From NCBI GenBank assembly GCA_950097015.1, contig CATNEN010000029.1, positions 7,750,001 through 7,814,000 on the forward strand: DNA of 64,000 nt. The letters run 5' to 3'. How positions within the stretch are numbered: the stretch's first letter is position 1; each line of letters opens with the position of its first letter. Source of the DNA: Macrostomum hystrix (lineage: Eukaryota > Animalia > Platyhelminthes). A program made the translations under genes and the position numbers. Shown one piece after another: positions 60,735-64,000 of the stretch. The notes under the pieces are model-generated. The model searched no databases, was not told where the DNA came from, and worked only from the letters and a program-made list of their open reading frames with translations.

Positions 60735-60978
60735 CAGTGGCCTATATAGCCAGGATTTTTGTCTAGGGGATCGGGAGCGTGCCTTTTAGGGGCGCCACAC
60801 GAGTGCATGACTATCACATGTGGGCGCCACTGCCACGGGGGCGCCACTGCCACGGGGGGTGCCACTGCCACGGGGGTGCCACTGCCATGGGGGCGCCACT
60901 ACTCGTAATATGTGGCGCCATAGTTACGTCAGCTGATTAGGGGGGCCACGGCCTCCTTGCCCCCTGGCTTTGCCCCTG
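60735..60978. mobile_element. hAT-type MITE (244 bp) with internal 19-bp GC-rich subrepeats
   Basis: Ends CAGTGGCCTATATAGCCAG and CTGGCTTTGCCCCTG (imperfect TIR); flanking 8-mers ACTCACGT and GCTCACGC (6/8 match) fit a decayed 8-bp TSD. Confidence 0.6.
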
Positions 60979-62289
60979 GCTCACGCTGTGCGGTGATGTA
61001 GTTTTGTCTTTATTACATTTAATACAAACTGACGAACTCTGTCCGTCAGTTTGATGCATCTTCAGCTGGTTTGTTATATTTTGCGTTAAAGAACCAGAGA
61101 GTTTGCTGAGGTCAAAAATAACTTTCCGGATATTTTGCCTCAGACTCTCGTTTGATGTGGACGGCGGCAGCCGTTACCGGATTTGTTTGTCCGCGAACGC
61201 CTAGAGCACAAGACACAGATTAGATTTCAAATTAGTCCTTAGCGGCAGTTTTTGTTTGATCTCGAACTCGTGTACGCATCTTACTCTCGGAGCTTTCTGC
61301 TACTGATTGAGTCCATAAATTAACTGCTGGATGCTTGATGCTGGTATGAATATGTAATAGCTTATCAGCTATCACCACAAATTAGAAGAGGGGGCCCAGG
61401 TCACGCTACATTACACGCAAGAACTGCAGAACGAGCATACTTGGCACTAAAATAGCTTCCACTGGGTACCATCGTAGTGGATTCTTCATAAAAAGAATAT
61501 CCAGTCCTAATTAGCTTAGCCATATCATCCAGTCGGAATCTGGCGATAATTCTTTTGTAAATAAATTATAATAACAAGTGCACGCCAGCCAATATGCCCA
61601 GAATGCTCAATGCAAGGTCACGCAGAAAGTGACAGTTTGAGGTGCAGTTATTGGCATTCTCAGCCTGGGAACGGGTCAGTGTAGCACCACGTTCTGCCTT
61701 GCCCCCGCGCCGCCTTGGGGCTCAAATTTCCATCAGCAGGACGTCTTGCAGTTGTTGCTGCCTTGTTGGTGATGGTCGCAAGGACCACTAGTAGTTAGTT
61801 ATTTTAGTGCCTGCCCGTTCAAACAGAGATCAACCAAGTCACGAGACAGGCGGCTCCAATCTGAAGCCGGGTTGAATACCAAAATAAGAAGCGTTTACTA
61901 CTGCCACCAGAGTACATTGAAGCTCCTCGCACTGCGGTCAGGGAGTTGCCTCGAACTCGAAGGAAATAAGTCAGTGTCAGAAGTCAGAGCACGAGCTCTC
62001 GCGGGATTTTAGGTTGCACACAATACCGCTGTTCGTTGGCCACCCACAACTGGATCTCGGTAGATGGAGCGGATTGGAGTTTATTGATAGATTCCAAGCA
62101 AAGACTTTAGTTGGCACAGAGGCACACAATAAAGGGTGGGATAAAGAAAACGGATGATAAAAGCCAAAAACTAGAAAACAATAAAAACAAAGGAAAAACA
62201 CACTGTAGAAATCCTAGGAAAAATGCACTCTAGTCTCGGCCTTAGCGGGGCACTATTAATATATTGCGAGCAGGATACGGGTAGCAGGC

Positions 62290-62645
62290 GCATCACGTGG
62301 TTTCTAAAAATAGCAACTGACGTCAGATAAATAAGGCAGCAGACCCTTAACCAAGGGGTCTGTTGCTAAAAAAGAAACTGACGTCAGGCATACGTAGAAC
62401 ATACGTAGTAGAAACGTGGGATAAACAATCCTAAGACAGGCAGACTTGTTGCTAAAAATAAACATGAGTCATAATTACAAGTAAGCAAACCTCTAAGGAT
62501 CACGTGAAGCAGGCACCCTAACAATTAACAGGTAGACAATGGAATCACACGTACAGGCATACGCAAACGAGCCCCTCCCCACCACGCAGGGTGAGAGAGA
62601 GCCGCCGGCGCGGACCCAAGTGCAGAGGCAAGACCTATAAAAAGA
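62290..62645 (+). promoter_or_regulatory. Cluster of MEF2, CRE/AP-1 and E-box motifs upstream of a TATA box (enhancer-promoter or LTR U3)
   Basis: CACGTG 62294; CTAAAAATAG 62304 + TGACGTCA 62318; CTAAAAAAGA 62366 + TGACGTCA 62379; CTAAAAATAA 62452 + TGAGTCA 62465; CACGTG 62501; TATAAAAAG about 62636. Confidence 0.55.
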
Positions 62646-64000
62646 GACAAAGACCGGGAGCGAACAATAGCATCCCCAGTCCGTGGGAACAGATTAAACA
62701 GGTAGATTACGCCTAGGCTGCAAAAGTGACTAAGCTAAGTTGCAAACTAGCGACTCACTTCACTATTTTAGAAGTCCTTGGATGGTCGTTGAAGCATCTC
62801 GGCCCCGGTGGATGCCAAACGGGGCTCGCAGGGAGCCCGCGTGTGTGGCTTTGAGGTTGCTGTTCAAATGCTGCCGTAGAGGCCGCAAAATTGCTCGCAA
62901 CGTGGGCTGCTGTTGTCTTTGGCATCCCGATATCGGATATTGCTCCACTGACGATTTATCTATCTTGTAAAAAAGATACTAGAAGGTGTGCTAAGATGTT
63001 GCACTTGGCAGTCTAGTCTGGGATTTGTTCGGGTTCTAGGATGACACGGAATCTTCTCTTAGTGTCACACCATCATCAGATTATCATCCGACAGTTTCAG
63101 CTTCTTGCCTATCAGATTTTCCTGGAAAATTGCCTCAATTATATTTTAAATCCGCAAGCTGCACGAAAAACATAGCTGACAGGGCTCGGTAATCCAAGCA
63201 GTTCGAGAATTCGGACAGATCGGAGATAGAAAGAAGCCGATCCTAAGACGACATCCTTTCACGAAAGTCGAATCGGATGAATCTGAAAGCCTCATTTGCG
63301 ACTTTCCCTGGTATTTTTTGTCAAAGTTCCTCATAGTTGTATCGCGGCAAGGGCAGGGAAGTAGAATAATGCACTGAATGCTGACATAAATTATAATTGC
63401 ATAGCGCGCTGCAGGGGACACGCCTTTGCAAGACTGCGTGTGCAGCCGGCAGCGTATAGGCGAAGATTCCACACACAGTGCCAAGGTGTCAAAGCTAGCG
63501 TTCTAACTCTTTCCTGTATCTCTATCTCATCTCCAGCAACCCCCACGCAGTAGCCTCATTGCCCTGCATCCCGTGAGCTCATATCAGCAAGCATATACAG
63601 CTCGCCAGGTAGAGGGCGTTGAGCAAGAGACGGGTATAGAGGAACTTGGCCGGGGAAGCGGAATTTCCCAAGCAGAAAGCGGGCAGAGAGTGCGGATTGG
63701 GGCTGTAGCAGTGGGAGGGATGCGAACCGCCCGAGCCAATGATGGGACAGATAAAAGTAGAGACTTGCAGCCTGCATTCTCGTCTGCTTTGTCTGCTTTA
63801 AAGCTGTTTCGACGAGCCACGAATTCCTTCAGCTTTGAAAAAGTATTGTCAGCGTCCTCCAGGTAAGTTGAAAACGTGCCACTGCTTTGAGCTGCTTTGT
63901 TTTGTCTACTCCTTAACAATGTATCTCTTAAGAAGCCGCCTTCTATTATCTATTTATTAACCGGCGTACTTTTCTGTTTCACAAGCCTGCATCAATGAAG

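Noticed and set aside
63040-63919. Possible exons near the right edge (e.g. ORF 63584..63919 minus, 63040-63300 plus)
   Set aside because: No recognisable domain and no phase-consistent gene model.

Overview
Eukaryotic, intron-containing animal DNA. The GC-rich long exons with polyQ/polyP/polyA tracts and the many minisatellites resemble the flatworm Macrostomum; this organism call is inference only. Seven protein-coding genes can be reconstructed from splice sites and reading phase: (1) the 5' exons of a Venus-flytrap (ANF-receptor/GABA-B-like) receptor on the minus strand, running off the left edge; (2) a 9-exon par-3/bazooka gene; (3) a 2-exon orphan type II membrane protein; (4) a gene fusing a Mutator/FAR1/ZSWIM3-N-like zinc finger to ankyrin repeats and an unknown C-terminal region; (5) a 26/29-kDa-type cathepsin L-like protease; (6) nucleoporin NDC1, whose 3' end is tandemly duplicated; (7) mitochondrial ribosomal protein L23. 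Roughly 30% of the window (hand estimate about 19 kb) is about 22 mostly unrelated tandem arrays with 10-178 bp units. They fill nearly every long intron and account for most of the long ORFs in the supplied track, which are spurious. Also present: an internally deleted Tc1-like element, a hAT-type MITE, a foldback element and tRNA-derived SINE copies. The most unusual observations are the transposase-zinc-finger/ankyrin fusion gene, its first intron built from about 108 tandem copies of a 5' splice-site sequence, other intronic arrays whose units carry splice signals, and a triple MEF2+CRE/AP-1 module upstream of a TATA box near the right edge. No CRISPR array or rRNA was seen. All gene models and family calls are by eye, without database searches.
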